From: Desulfosporosinus acidiphilus SJ4
GTDB lineage: Bacteria; Bacillota; Desulfitobacteriia; Desulfitobacteriales; Desulfitobacteriaceae
Length of the DNA: 40,000 nucleotides
Reading direction: 5' to 3'
NCBI RefSeq assembly: GCF_000255115.2
Contig: NC_018068.1
Coordinates: 1,357,977 to 1,397,976, forward strand
Made by a program: the position numbers and the translations under genes. This document shows positions 30,207 through 39,718 of the stretch, in pieces; the first letter of the stretch is position 1, and each line of letters starts with the position of its first letter. The notes under the pieces were generated by a model. The model was not told where the DNA came from and did not search any database. It saw only the letters and a program-made list of their open reading frames with translations.

Positions 30207-32399
30207 ATAGCGCGAGTGATTGATGCTGTGATTCAGCTTCGTGACCAATTCAGTGGAACTCTTCGGAATGTCAACGCTAATCTCTCAGTCTTTCAACGAC
30301 AGGCCAGCTATGCCGGAAGAAACATGATGTCGGTCGGTAAGGACTTACAGAGTGTGGGTAAGACGTTTACCAAAACACTGACTGTTCCTATTGTTGCGGC
30401 GGGTGGAGCACTATTAAAGCTGGGACAGGACTTCCAAGATGCCGAAAACACCATACGAGTTGGCACGGGTGCAACCGGAAAAGATCTTCAAAACTTAACG
30501 AGTGATTTTAAGGCGACTTACAGTCAGGTGAGTAATAGCATGGCTGACACCAGCAAAGTGATTGCTGATTTAAATACAAGAACCGGCTTATCCGGTAAGC
30601 CCCTGCAAGCCTTGTCCGTTCAAATGCTTAACCTCTCAAAGATCACGAAAGAAGACTTGAATACTTTGATTCCAGCGACCACGCGGATGTTTCAGGATGC
30701 CGGGCTTAAGCAGGCGGATTATTCGAAGGCACTCGACTATACCTTCAAAGTCAGCCAAAATACCGGTATTTCTGTGTCAAAACTTCAGGAGCTGATGACT
30801 CAGTTCGGTGGTCCTTTAAGACAAATGGGCTTTAGCTGGCAAACGAGTGCTGTCATGCTTGGAAAGTTTGAAAAAGAAGGTGTTAACACTGAGTTGGTTG
30901 TCGGGTCCCTTCGGATTGCTCTCGGTAAGATGGCTAAGAAAGGGATCGCTGATCCTTCAAAGGCGTTGCAAGAAATGATTACCAAGATTAAGGACGCTGG
31001 CACAGCTGGAAAGGCAAACGCCATGGCCTTGTCGATGTTCGGAGCTAAAGCCGGGCCGGATATGGCAGCCGCTATTCGGGAAGGACACCTGGACTTAGAC
31101 AATCTCCTGCGAACCATTAAGAACAGCCCGGAAACGATCGACCAAGCCACTGCCGATACCATGACCTTTGCGGATAAAATGGCGAAAGTAAAAAATCAAC
31201 TCGCCGTGGCGTTTGAGCCGGTGGCTACCAGCCTATTAGATTCTTTAGATAAGCTACTTCCGAGTATCAAAAATGTGGGCGATACCATCGCGAAGTTTGC
31301 TAAAAGAATTGCGGATATGTCACCTCAGCAACAGGAAATGATTCTCAAGTTTGCGCTTATGGCTGCCGCAGCAGGGCCGGTTATTTTTACGGTTGGTAAG
31401 CTAGTTTATGGGATGGGTGATGCGGTAAAAACATTTACAAAATTATCTCGTTCCATCTCTAATGCAGGCGGGATTTTAGAGTACCTTCAAACTCCAGGCG
31501 GCATGGTGATTGCCATTATTGGAACTTTAACAATCGCTGGACTATTACTTGTAACCCACTGGGCACAGGTAACAAAGTCCTTGAATGACTTTAAGACGGT
31601 TTTGAAAAATAATGAAACAGCCATCCGAAATGTAGCGATAGCCCTTGGCGTTATTTTTGGACCGGCGCTGGTGGGGTTGGGTGTTCAAGCACTCATCACG
31701 GGCGGTCAAATCACCGCTGGGTTTATTGCTTCCTTAGTAACCTCAGGAATTGAAGCCGCTGCAACCGGAGCCGTTTTTACAGGAAAACTAATCGTTTCTC
31801 TCATATCTTTTGCCCTTCAAGTCTGGAAAACTGTTGCTGTTATTGGTATTCAGACAACTTTGTTCATTGCTCAGAGACTTGGAATTATCAGTGCCGCCGA
31901 AGCAACGAATATTATCACAGCCGCCCAATGGCTTTTTAATGCCGCCATGAATGCGAACCCGATTGGTGTTGTCATTTTAGCCCTTGCGGCTTTAGGGGTG
32001 GCTATCTATGAGGTTGTCCAGCATTGGAAAGATATCTGTACTTGGGTTGAAAAAGCATGGAACTGGCTGACGAAATGGAATGGAACTCAGCCTCAGGATA
32101 AGAGCCTCAATGTTACCACCAACGTGGCAACGTCCGCTGCGACTACGGCCCACAATGCGCTTGGAACCAGTTATTTTGGAGGCGGCTCCACTTGGGTAGG
32201 GGAGAATGGGCCAGAAATACTCACACTCCCTAAAGGTTCTCAAGTCATGGATCATCAAACGTCAAAAAGATCAACAGGGAAGAATATTTCGATCGCCAAG
32301 CTCGCCGACACCATCGTTGTCCGGGAAGAAGCCGACATTGATAAGATTGCCACGGCATTGGTGCTTAAGCTTCACTCGGTCGCTATTAACACGGCTTAG
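30207..32399 (+). CDS. Tail tape measure protein (TP901-type core)
   Basis: Long helical protein with a central hydrophobic/Gly-rich segment, located after the chaperone genes. Start is ATA 30207 (8 nt after GGAGG) or GTG 30216 (17 nt). Confidence 0.9.
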   Translation: MARVIDAVIQLRDQFSGTLRNVNANLSVFQRQASYAGRNMMSVGKDLQSVGKTFTKTLTVPIVAAGGALLKLGQDFQDAENTIRVGTGATGKDLQNLTSDFKATYSQVSNSMADTSKVIADLNTRTGLSGKPLQALSVQMLNLSKITKEDLNTLIPATTRMFQDAGLKQADYSKALDYTFKVSQNTGISVSKLQELMTQFGGPLRQMGFSWQTSAVMLGKFEKEGVNTELVVGSLRIALGKMAKKGIADPSKALQEMITKIKDAGTAGKANAMALSMFGAKAGPDMAAAIREGHLDLDNLLRTIKNSPETIDQATADTMTFADKMAKVKNQLAVAFEPVATSLLDSLDKLLPSIKNVGDTIAKFAKRIADMSPQQQEMILKFALMAAAAGPVIFTVGKLVYGMGDAVKTFTKLSRSISNAGGILEYLQTPGGMVIAIIGTLTIAGLLLVTHWAQVTKSLNDFKTVLKNNETAIRNVAIALGVIFGPALVGLGVQALITGGQITAGFIASLVTSGIEAAATGAVFTGKLIVSLISFALQVWKTVAVIGIQTTLFIAQRLGIISAAEATNIITAAQWLFNAAMNANPIGVVILALAALGVAIYEVVQHWKDICTWVEKAWNWLTKWNGTQPQDKSLNVTTNVATSAATTAHNALGTSYFGGGSTWVGENGPEILTLPKGSQVMDHQTSKRSTGKNISIAKLADTIVVREEADIDKIATALVLKLHSVAINTA

Positions 32400-32411
32400 G
32401 GGGTGACATCC

Positions 32412-32816
32412 ATGGAATTTTGGCTTATGCAGGATAAGGAAACCCTCCAGCTTCCGGTTCCCCCTCCAAGTTATACGGTCAAGAAAACTCTGAATAATAC
32501 TTCTGTGATTGTTGAAAGCATCGGCGAAATTAGTTTTATTGGCAAGCCGAAACTCGCTGAAATCCCGCCCATAAGTTCGTTCTTTCCGAAAAAGGATTAT
32601 AGCTTTTGTCAGTATCATACCTTTCCAACGCCCAAAGAATGTACCGACCTTATCGAGAAATGGATGGCCAGCGGTAAGCCGATCCGTTACCTTGTAACTG
32701 GGACAAGTATTAATACACTTTGCTCCATTGAAAGTTTTGAGTATGGTGAGCAGGATGGGACGGGGGATGTTTATTTTACACTGACACTTAAGGAATACAA
32801 GGTGATCCCTTCGTGA
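32412..32816 (+). CDS. XkdP-like tail protein (no obvious LysM domain)
   Basis: N-terminal FWLMQDKETLQLPVPPPSYTV...IGEISFIGKPKLAEI pattern, and its position after the tape measure gene. Confidence 0.5.
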   Translation: MEFWLMQDKETLQLPVPPPSYTVKKTLNNTSVIVESIGEISFIGKPKLAEIPPISSFFPKKDYSFCQYHTFPTPKECTDLIEKWMASGKPIRYLVTGTSINTLCSIESFEYGEQDGTGDVYFTLTLKEYKVIPS

Positions 32817-33805
32817 TCAAAATTTACAGTAATTACTTTGGGGGATCGACCGACATTACGATGTTTTGCAAGACCGTGCAGTGGTCCGGCGACAAGTCGC
32901 AAGTGGCCCGGAAAATTGACGTAACTTTAGCCTATGCCATTTTTGACAAGACCCAGCCCAATACCCAAATTTCGCCCGGCACCATGGTATGGCTTGTCGA
33001 TGATGTGGAAGGTGAGATTTTTCGAGGTATTGTTTTTGTTCGCTCGCTCAATTCCAACCAGGAACTACAATTCACGGCTTACGACCTTTTGATCTATTTT
33101 CTGAAGTCCAAGGCCACCTATAACTTCAAAAACATTACAGCAGAGGCAATAACGGCGAAAGTTTGTCAGGAAGTTGGGGTGAGTGTTGGAAGTTTAGAGC
33201 CAACCGGTGTGAACATCAGCCTCATAGCCTCGAACAAAACCCTATATGATATCATCATGCAGGCTTACAGCTTCGCGTCGTACTCCACAGGAAAGCAATA
33301 TTTTCTCCTGATGAATGGAACCAGTCTGAACTGTATTGAAAAGGGTCAAAACCTCATAAATTTTACGCTCGACCCTAAGGTCAATTTAATCAATGCTGTC
33401 TATGATGACTCGATCGAACAGATGATTAATAAGGTGAAAATTTATAACTCCAAAAAGGAGTTTACCGGGCAAATCCTAGAGAACAAAGACTGGGAAAGTC
33501 ACTACGGAATCCTCCAGGACACGTATACAATTAATAAGTCTAAAAACACCTTGATTGAAGCGTCGATCCTCCTTAAAGGGATGGAGCAGGAGGTCGAAGC
33601 CACGGCACTCGGTAATGTAAACGTCATCACCGGCACCGCCGTGAAAACCAATATTTTTTATGTCAGTGTTCTCCAAAACGCCACTTGGTATGTCGATACC
33701 GACGTTCACACGTGGGAAATCGGCACGAATAAATACACCATGAAGCTTAATCTCAAGAGCCATAATTTAATGGACATGAAGGAAGGTAAGGTCGATGGGG
33801 AATAG
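32813..33805 (+). CDS. XkdQ-like / late-control-D-like baseplate hub protein
   Basis: Size and synteny, with the TVQWSGDKSQVARKIDVTL pattern. Confidence 0.6.
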   Translation: MIKIYSNYFGGSTDITMFCKTVQWSGDKSQVARKIDVTLAYAIFDKTQPNTQISPGTMVWLVDDVEGEIFRGIVFVRSLNSNQELQFTAYDLLIYFLKSKATYNFKNITAEAITAKVCQEVGVSVGSLEPTGVNISLIASNKTLYDIIMQAYSFASYSTGKQYFLLMNGTSLNCIEKGQNLINFTLDPKVNLINAVYDDSIEQMINKVKIYNSKKEFTGQILENKDWESHYGILQDTYTINKSKNTLIEASILLKGMEQEVEATALGNVNVITGTAVKTNIFYVSVLQNATWYVDTDVHTWEIGTNKYTMKLNLKSHNLMDMKEGKVDGE

Positions 33806-33814
33806 GGAGGCAAC

Positions 33815-34183
33815 ATGAGGTCTAAAAATCCATACAGCGAAATGATTAAAATCATGCAGGACCAGGGAGCGAAATACAACCCCTTTTCGGTTCAATTGGC
33901 GACGGTGATCGCTACATCTCCGCTTACGATTACGGCTGGAGAACTTCAATTAGCCGGGGATAATCTATTAGTGGCCGATTTTCTGCTAACCAGTTATTCC
34001 CGACAGATTAACCTTCCAAGCCCAACAGTCAGTGGTACAACTTCAGATGGCACAATAACAAGTCTCAGCATACCAAATGCCACGCTAAATTTCACAGATG
34101 GACTCAATGTAGGTGACACTTTAGCCGTAGTTCAGGTCGATAGTTCTACCTTTGTTATTTTGGCAAGGGTTGTGAGTGTATGA
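33815..34183 (+). CDS. XkdR-like protein (DUF2577)
   Basis: VQLATVIATSPLTITAGELQLAGDNLLVADFL pattern and synteny. Confidence 0.6.
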   Translation: MRSKNPYSEMIKIMQDQGAKYNPFSVQLATVIATSPLTITAGELQLAGDNLLVADFLLTSYSRQINLPSPTVSGTTSDGTITSLSIPNATLNFTDGLNVGDTLAVVQVDSSTFVILARVVSV

Positions 34184-34611
34184 GCATTTTTCCGCAAAAC
34201 TTCGAACAGGCCCTCATCACATCCAACGGTCTGGGTTCTTCTGAGTTACCTCTGGCGAAAGAGTATGGTTGGGACTTTACTAATAACACGTTTCTTCTAA
34301 TTGACGGCAAGAGTGTGTTGGTAACCGGAAGAGATGCCGTTAAGATTTGGGCTTGGAAAGCATTACAGACTCCAAAGGGTGTCTATAAAGCCTACAGTCT
34401 AAACTTTGGAAACGAACTGGAATCGCTGATGAATCAGAGCCTATCAAACGCAGCCATGTCTTCAGAAGTCGAACGGTATTTAAAAGAAGCGCTCTTAGTT
34501 AATCCCTATATTACCGGAATCTCTAACATTACACTGTCTATTGATGGTAGTAAAACCAGCGTAGATTTTACGGCAGAGACGATCTATGGTGAGGTGACCA
34601 TGAGTGTATAG
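34180..34611 (+). CDS. XkdS-like baseplate wedge protein (DUF2634 / gp25-like)
   Basis: EYGWDF...VTGRDAVKIWAWKALQT...Y pattern and synteny. Confidence 0.6.
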   Translation: MSIFPQNFEQALITSNGLGSSELPLAKEYGWDFTNNTFLLIDGKSVLVTGRDAVKIWAWKALQTPKGVYKAYSLNFGNELESLMNQSLSNAAMSSEVERYLKEALLVNPYITGISNITLSIDGSKTSVDFTAETIYGEVTMSV

Positions 34612-35677
34612 CGAAACCAGTAATGTGATTTTAAGTCGCATGCTTTCCAATGTATCCTCAGATGTTGACAAATCCGAGGGTTCTTTTATTTATGATGCAA
34701 CCTCTCCGGTGGCCATTGAGATTGCTCAGCAAGAGGCCAATCTCGACCAAGTAGCCAAGAAGTTTGATATTACAACCTTAAGCGGCGACGAGTTGGCCAT
34801 GAGAATCTACCAACGGACAGGCATTTCCCGAAACCCAGCAACTTATGCCACGGCAGACGTAACCATAACAGGTAATGGAATGATTAATACTGGTGATTTG
34901 GTTCAAACACCTGGCGGAGTTCAGTTTAAATCAACTCAGCAACAAACCATCAGCGGATCGGCAAGTGTTCATGTTGAAGCCCTCATCGCTGGGTCAACAG
35001 GCATGGTTCCAGCCAACCAGATCACTCAGTTTCCGGTTGCCATCGCTGGTCTTGTGAGCGTCACAAATTCTAATCCGACGCAGGACGGCTTTGACGCAGA
35101 AAGCGACTCAGCCCTTTTACAAAGGTACTATGATTATATTCAAACTCCGGCAACGGGAGGAAATATTGCTCAGTTTATCAACCTCATGAAAGACTTCACG
35201 GGAGTCGGTGATGTAAAATTCTATCCAACTTGGAACGGAAACAACACTGTAAAACTGGTCATAATTGACGTGAATAAACTGCCTCCCAGCAGTGATTTAG
35301 TCGCAGCAGCTCAGGCTTATATGGACCCAGGTGCCCAAGGACTCGGGCTGGGTGCTGCTCCGTTCGGAGCTTTTACCACAGTGGAAGGTGCATTCGCTAG
35401 TACAATAACCATTAATTTTACAGCGGTTAAAGATTCGGATTATACCGATGAACAACGGCTCGCCAATGTCCAAGCGAATTTAACAGCTTATCTCCAGGCG
35501 ATTGCCTTCGTTGATAGTACTGTTAGTTATGCCAAGATTGGGTCGGCAATTTTATCGAGCCAAGGGATCTTGGATTATACCAACCTAACGGTCAATGGAG
35601 GAATTTCTAATGTTCCTCTCAGCTATACCTCGGCACTGACTGAAACGCCGGTTCTGGGGGTGGTGACGATTGCTTAG
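34604..35677 (+). CDS. Baseplate J-like protein (XkdT-like)
   Basis: N-terminal ILSRMLSNVSSDVDKSEGSFIYDATSPVAIEIAQ pattern typical of the Baseplate_J family. Confidence 0.8.
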   Translation: MYSETSNVILSRMLSNVSSDVDKSEGSFIYDATSPVAIEIAQQEANLDQVAKKFDITTLSGDELAMRIYQRTGISRNPATYATADVTITGNGMINTGDLVQTPGGVQFKSTQQQTISGSASVHVEALIAGSTGMVPANQITQFPVAIAGLVSVTNSNPTQDGFDAESDSALLQRYYDYIQTPATGGNIAQFINLMKDFTGVGDVKFYPTWNGNNTVKLVIIDVNKLPPSSDLVAAAQAYMDPGAQGLGLGAAPFGAFTTVEGAFASTITINFTAVKDSDYTDEQRLANVQANLTAYLQAIAFVDSTVSYAKIGSAILSSQGILDYTNLTVNGGISNVPLSYTSALTETPVLGVVTIA

Positions 35678-36191
35678 CGATTCTCTTCCTTATTTCATAA
35701 CGAGCACTCAGTTATTTACTGAGTTATTCCAATCTGAAGGGCAAGAACTGGATGGCCTGGGCGCTGATCTATCCGATTTAGAAGCTCAATTTAACGTTGA
35801 TACGGCAACATGGGGCTTGGATTATTATGAAAAAGAACTAGGAATACCCACTGATAACACAAAACCTCTGTCCTATAGGGCCAGTGTTATAAAGTCCAAG
35901 TGGCGAGGCGGCGGGAAGCTTAACTCCACCTTGATTAAAACCGTCTGTGATGCCTTTACGAATGGAAATACGGAGGTGACGTTTGATGGAACCATTAAGG
36001 TCAAGTTCAATAGTATTCTGGGTATACCACCCAATCTCAATGATTTAAAAGCAGCAGTCTCTCAGATTAAGCCAGCCTATTTGGAGCTGGTCTATTTGTT
36101 TTCCTATCTGTTGATTAACGAAATTCATCAGGTAATGACCATCAACCAGTTAGACTCAACCCCACTCAACGAATTTGCCGGAGGTGTTTAG
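35670..36191 (+). CDS. XkdU/YmfQ-like tail protein (DUF2313)
   Basis: LEAQFNVDTATWGLDYYEKELGI pattern and synteny. Confidence 0.65.
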   Translation: MLSDSLPYFITSTQLFTELFQSEGQELDGLGADLSDLEAQFNVDTATWGLDYYEKELGIPTDNTKPLSYRASVIKSKWRGGGKLNSTLIKTVCDAFTNGNTEVTFDGTIKVKFNSILGIPPNLNDLKAAVSQIKPAYLELVYLFSYLLINEIHQVMTINQLDSTPLNEFAGGV

Positions 36192-36758
36192 ATGGCTAAG
36201 ACAACGCCGAACTTGGATCTTTATGAAGTTGATCCTGCCTCAGACGGATCGCTGACCTTCAACATTCAGACCATGCTCAATGACAACTTTGACAAGATTG
36301 ACTCAGCCATCCCGGCTGCACAGGCAGCAGCTCAGAGCTACACAGACTCCAAGTTTCCTGTTCAAGCTTCTGAATTGAGCAATGGTGCTGCCACCGATGC
36401 GGTGATTGGAAATCGAACTGGGGACCCAACGCTGGCTTCCCCTTCGAGCACCGGAACGATGACTCAACTCTTTGGTTGGTTGATGGGGAGGGTCAAGGCG
36501 ATATCTGGAACGACAAACTGGTATGATCCTCCAGACATAAATCTAGCGGCTTTGAGTGCTCATAAATCCAGGCATGCGATAGGCGGCGCTGACGTGTTAT
36601 TACCTTCAGATATTGGGGCTGAAACTCCATCAGGAGCACAGGCCAAGGCTGCCACAGCCCAAACGGCAGCTGGGTCTTATACAGATTCTTCGGTAGCAGG
36701 GGTTAAGTCGGATTCCATCAACTATAAACGTATTACATCAATGGGAGGTCTTTATTAA
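36192..36758 (+). CDS. Tail fibre-associated protein (fibre N-terminal adaptor-like)
   Basis: N-terminal PNLDLYEVDP...NDNFDKID motif common at the N-termini of phage fibres. Confidence 0.5.
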   Translation: MAKTTPNLDLYEVDPASDGSLTFNIQTMLNDNFDKIDSAIPAAQAAAQSYTDSKFPVQASELSNGAATDAVIGNRTGDPTLASPSSTGTMTQLFGWLMGRVKAISGTTNWYDPPDINLAALSAHKSRHAIGGADVLLPSDIGAETPSGAQAKAATAQTAAGSYTDSSVAGVKSDSINYKRITSMGGLY

Positions 36759-37093
36759 TGGCAGTAGGCGACAGAACGCCAACGGAACTGGCCCAGTCAG
36801 CATTAAGTGCCACGGCAACGAACTACTTCACCAACGCAGGGTCAAGTTATCGAACCCAGATCTTAGAGGTTTGCTTAGTCAATACTGGTTCCTCTCAACG
36901 AGTTGTAACTCTTTATAAAAATGGGTTGACTGCAAACAATCAGATCGCCAACTCTATCACACTCCCGGCTAACACGTCAACCATTATTGACTTGAAACTT
37001 GTAGCCACCGGGGTACAAACGTTTGGAGCCAATCAAGACTCAGGAACTGATGTCACGATGACGGTCAGCGGCATTGTTGAACAGATAGCGTAG
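36758..37093 (+). CDS. Hypothetical 111-aa tail-module protein
   Basis: ORF coupled by a TAATG overlap. No motif recognised. Confidence 0.45.
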   Translation: MAVGDRTPTELAQSALSATATNYFTNAGSSYRTQILEVCLVNTGSSQRVVTLYKNGLTANNQIANSITLPANTSTIIDLKLVATGVQTFGANQDSGTDVTMTVSGIVEQIA

Positions 37094-37101
37094 GTGATGA
37101 G

Positions 37102-38745
37102 ATGGGTATTCGATTATTTGGGGCTGTTCAAGGTATAAAGGCCCAGGTTCAAGGGTTACTCCTTGGTTTGGGAACGGGCGGCAATGCCAACGCCTCAGAG
37201 GTTCTTAGTGGAAAAGAGGTTACAACCGACGTTGGACAAATAACAGGAACCATGCCAAATGAAGGCTCCGTGACGCTTACGCCGGGGCCTTCTGACGTTC
37301 CTATCCCGAAAGGATACCACGACGGGACTGGAAAAGCCTCGGCAGTTGTTGTACCTGCAGCTAATGTCCTAACCGGCACGACAATCGCAGGGACAGCAGG
37401 GACCATGCCTAACGAGGGAGCTGTTACTATAACACCGAGCAATGCAGCCCAGGCTATCCCGGTGGGGTATCATAACGGATCTGGAACCGTCCCGGCAGTT
37501 GTTGTACCGGTAGCTAACGTCCTAACCGGCACGACGATCGCAGGAACAGCGGGAACCATGCCGAACCGGGGAGCTGTGACAATCACACCAGGAAGCACCG
37601 CACAGGCAATCCCAGCGGGGTATCACAACGGATCGGGAACAGTTTCGGCGGTGTCGGTCCCGGCAGGGAATGTTTTGACCGGCACAACGATCGCGGGAAC
37701 GGCGGGAACTATGCCGAACCAGGGAGTGCCGACATTCACGCCGTCTACTTCCGGCGACACTTCAATTCCTGCAGGGTATTATTCAGGCGGGATAGTAAAG
37801 AAAGCATATCCTGTAGGAAGCATGGTATCGAACGTCACGGTCGAGCAGATAGCGTATTCAGCCAACCCCAACAGTAGTGGCTCCTCGTATGGTATCGCTG
37901 TCGATTCGCAAGGTAATATGTATCTATGCGCTGGAAGTATACTGTATAAATACAACGCAGCGGGATCACTTGTGTGGTCAAAGAATGACTTCTCCTATTT
38001 TGGCGTTTTCGTAGACCAGTACGATTATATCTACGTTAACCACAACAATTCTAACCTCCATAAGATGGACGGTTCAGGTAATACGGTCTGGAATAACGCG
38101 GTAGGGGTGCAACAAGCATATAATATCACCATTTGTAATTCTGGGTATATTTACACCTACGACGGTGGCACAAGTACCCACCCCACAAGAAAGCATGACG
38201 GTTCCGGCAATGTAATCTGGACGGATACAACAATTGGTAGTAACTCTTGGTTTTCAGACACAAATTTCAGTACCGAAGTGACGGTTATTTCAGGATACGT
38301 GAGTGGAACTAGCATGGCAATCAGAGTGGTAGATTCAAATGATTCGTTACAATGGAATTTAACTGCTTCTGCTTCAGCAATGTCTAACTGTTCCGGAGCG
38401 GTTATGGGTTCGGATGGTTACGTGTACGCCAGAAATGGCACTCAGGTTGTGAAACTAAACAGTAGTGGGGGCCAAGTATGGTCTGTGCCTATAAATGATA
38501 CCTACACCTTAAAAGGAAATATAGCCATTGATAACTCAACCAACATTTATATTGTTGAATACCAAACAGGCCATAGATATATGAAAATCAATTCAAGCGG
38601 TACCATTCTATGGACCTACACGGCATCAAACATGACCCCATACGCGATTAACGCAAATCATAGCGGCAGCTACGCATGTGCAACTATCCCATACGCAGGA
38701 GGTACTGTATTTTATGGTGCTACCCAATATCTAATTAACGGCTAG
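37102..38745 (+). CDS. Tail fibre / receptor-binding protein: 51-aa tandem repeats plus a C-terminal beta-propeller-like repeat domain
   Basis: Four NVLTGTTIAGTAGTMPN-type repeats, followed by six units ending in G-x-x-[VIL]-W (PQQ/BamB-like blades). Confidence 0.65.
   Translation: MGIRLFGAVQGIKAQVQGLLLGLGTGGNANASEVLSGKEVTTDVGQITGTMPNEGSVTLTPGPSDVPIPKGYHDGTGKASAVVVPAANVLTGTTIAGTAGTMPNEGAVTITPSNAAQAIPVGYHNGSGTVPAVVVPVANVLTGTTIAGTAGTMPNRGAVTITPGSTAQAIPAGYHNGSGTVSAVSVPAGNVLTGTTIAGTAGTMPNQGVPTFTPSTSGDTSIPAGYYSGGIVKKAYPVGSMVSNVTVEQIAYSANPNSSGSSYGIAVDSQGNMYLCAGSILYKYNAAGSLVWSKNDFSYFGVFVDQYDYIYVNHNNSNLHKMDGSGNTVWNNAVGVQQAYNITICNSGYIYTYDGGTSTHPTRKHDGSGNVIWTDTTIGSNSWFSDTNFSTEVTVISGYVSGTSMAIRVVDSNDSLQWNLTASASAMSNCSGAVMGSDGYVYARNGTQVVKLNSSGGQVWSVPINDTYTLKGNIAIDNSTNIYIVEYQTGHRYMKINSSGTILWTYTASNMTPYAINANHSGSYACATIPYAGGTVFYGATQYLING
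37192..37815 (+). repeat. About four tandem copies of a 153-bp coding repeat
   Basis: Units start near 37192 (diverged), 37357, 37510 and 37663. The three downstream copies are visibly near-identical over the GTTIAGTAGTMPN segment. Confidence 0.85.
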
Positions 38746-38758
38746 GGGGAAACTTTAA

Positions 38759-39097
38759 ATGATATTTTTAGGTAACTTAACTATCATAAATCCCAACAAA
38801 TCGTTGGTCAATTTCATTCATTATATGCCTTTAGACACGGACCACGGGATGAAGGATACAAACGGAAATCTAATGACCCAGGACGAATTAAACGCGATCG
38901 GTATTCTTATTGATTCAATACCGCAGCCAGCCCCGCCCAATGGATATTATGTCTCCGCAACCTATGTAGATCCAACTACGAAGGACGTATCATTCGACTA
39001 CGCACAAACCCCTAAAACTCCTGAACAACAACTAGCAGATTTACAGGCCCAAAACGCTCAAATGCTCTTAGCCCTAGTACAAGGAGGTTTGATGTAA
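38759..39097 (+). CDS. Hypothetical tail-fibre-adjacent protein (XkdW-position)
   Basis: ORF with GGGGGA SD. The C-terminal segment EQQLADLQAQNAQMLLALVQGG is coiled-coil-like. Confidence 0.45.
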   Translation: MIFLGNLTIINPNKSLVNFIHYMPLDTDHGMKDTNGNLMTQDELNAIGILIDSIPQPAPPNGYYVSATYVDPTTKDVSFDYAQTPKTPEQQLADLQAQNAQMLLALVQGGLM

Positions 39098-39235
39098 ATG
39101 GATTGGGTATCGATTTGTACAAGTTATTACCAAGCAGGATATTATGACAATACTTCACTAAAAGTATTTGTAGTTAAAGGTAAGATCACTGGGGCCGATT
39201 ATAAGACAATCACAGGCATTGACTATGTAGCTTAA
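39098..39235 (+). CDS. XkdX-family small protein (45 aa, not in the ORF track)
   Basis: MDWVSICTSYYQAGYYDNTSLKVFVVKGKITGADYKTITGIDYVA matches the XkdX pattern (YY..G.Y....V..FV.KG.IT..DY..ITG). AAGGAGG SD 9 nt upstream. Confidence 0.65.
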   Translation: MDWVSICTSYYQAGYYDNTSLKVFVVKGKITGADYKTITGIDYVA

Positions 39236-39291
39236 ATTTGGGAGGGGCATAAAAGCTCCTCTTTTCTAATAAAAGAAGGGGGAGATGACCA

Positions 39292-39531
39292 TTGGGCGAA
39301 CAGGATGATCTAAATACGCGAGTTGCTGTCCTCGAAACCAAAAACCTAGCTCAGGAAGCTAGGCTCAATTCTCTAGAGATCGACGTGGGAAAAAAGTTCG
39401 ACCGCCTTGAGGCTAAGCTGGATCAAGTTTTACAGGCTTCCCGTGGACGACCAACGTGGATTGTGGCTCTGGCGATTTCAGGACTCATGACGATTGTTAC
39501 AGGACTAATTGTTTATTTGGTGACCCGTTAA
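39292..39531 (+). CDS. XhlA-like membrane protein (coiled coil plus C-terminal TM)
   Basis: N-terminal coiled coil and C-terminal TM segment WIVALAISGLMTIVTGLIVYLV. Located at the start of the lysis module. TTG start. Confidence 0.65.
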   Translation: MGEQDDLNTRVAVLETKNLAQEARLNSLEIDVGKKFDRLEAKLDQVLQASRGRPTWIVALAISGLMTIVTGLIVYLVTR

Positions 39532-39718
39532 GAAATCACCGAAGAAGGTTTGTCTGCATATTCTAAATTAAACGATGATCCTTGGTACAGTCGAAGGATA
39601 TAGCTCTCGATCGATTGTACTGAGAAGCTTAAATAAGGATGTCCTATGATGGTCCATCTGAGCTCTTCAAACATCTCAGGAAAGTTGGTTGAAAAATTTC
39701 AAAGAGGAGGGGTCTTGA

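Noticed and set aside
37192-38745. Diversity-generating retroelement targeting the fibre
   Set aside because: No reverse transcriptase gene and no template/variable repeat pair with adenine-specific differences in the window. The repeats are in-gene tandem units.
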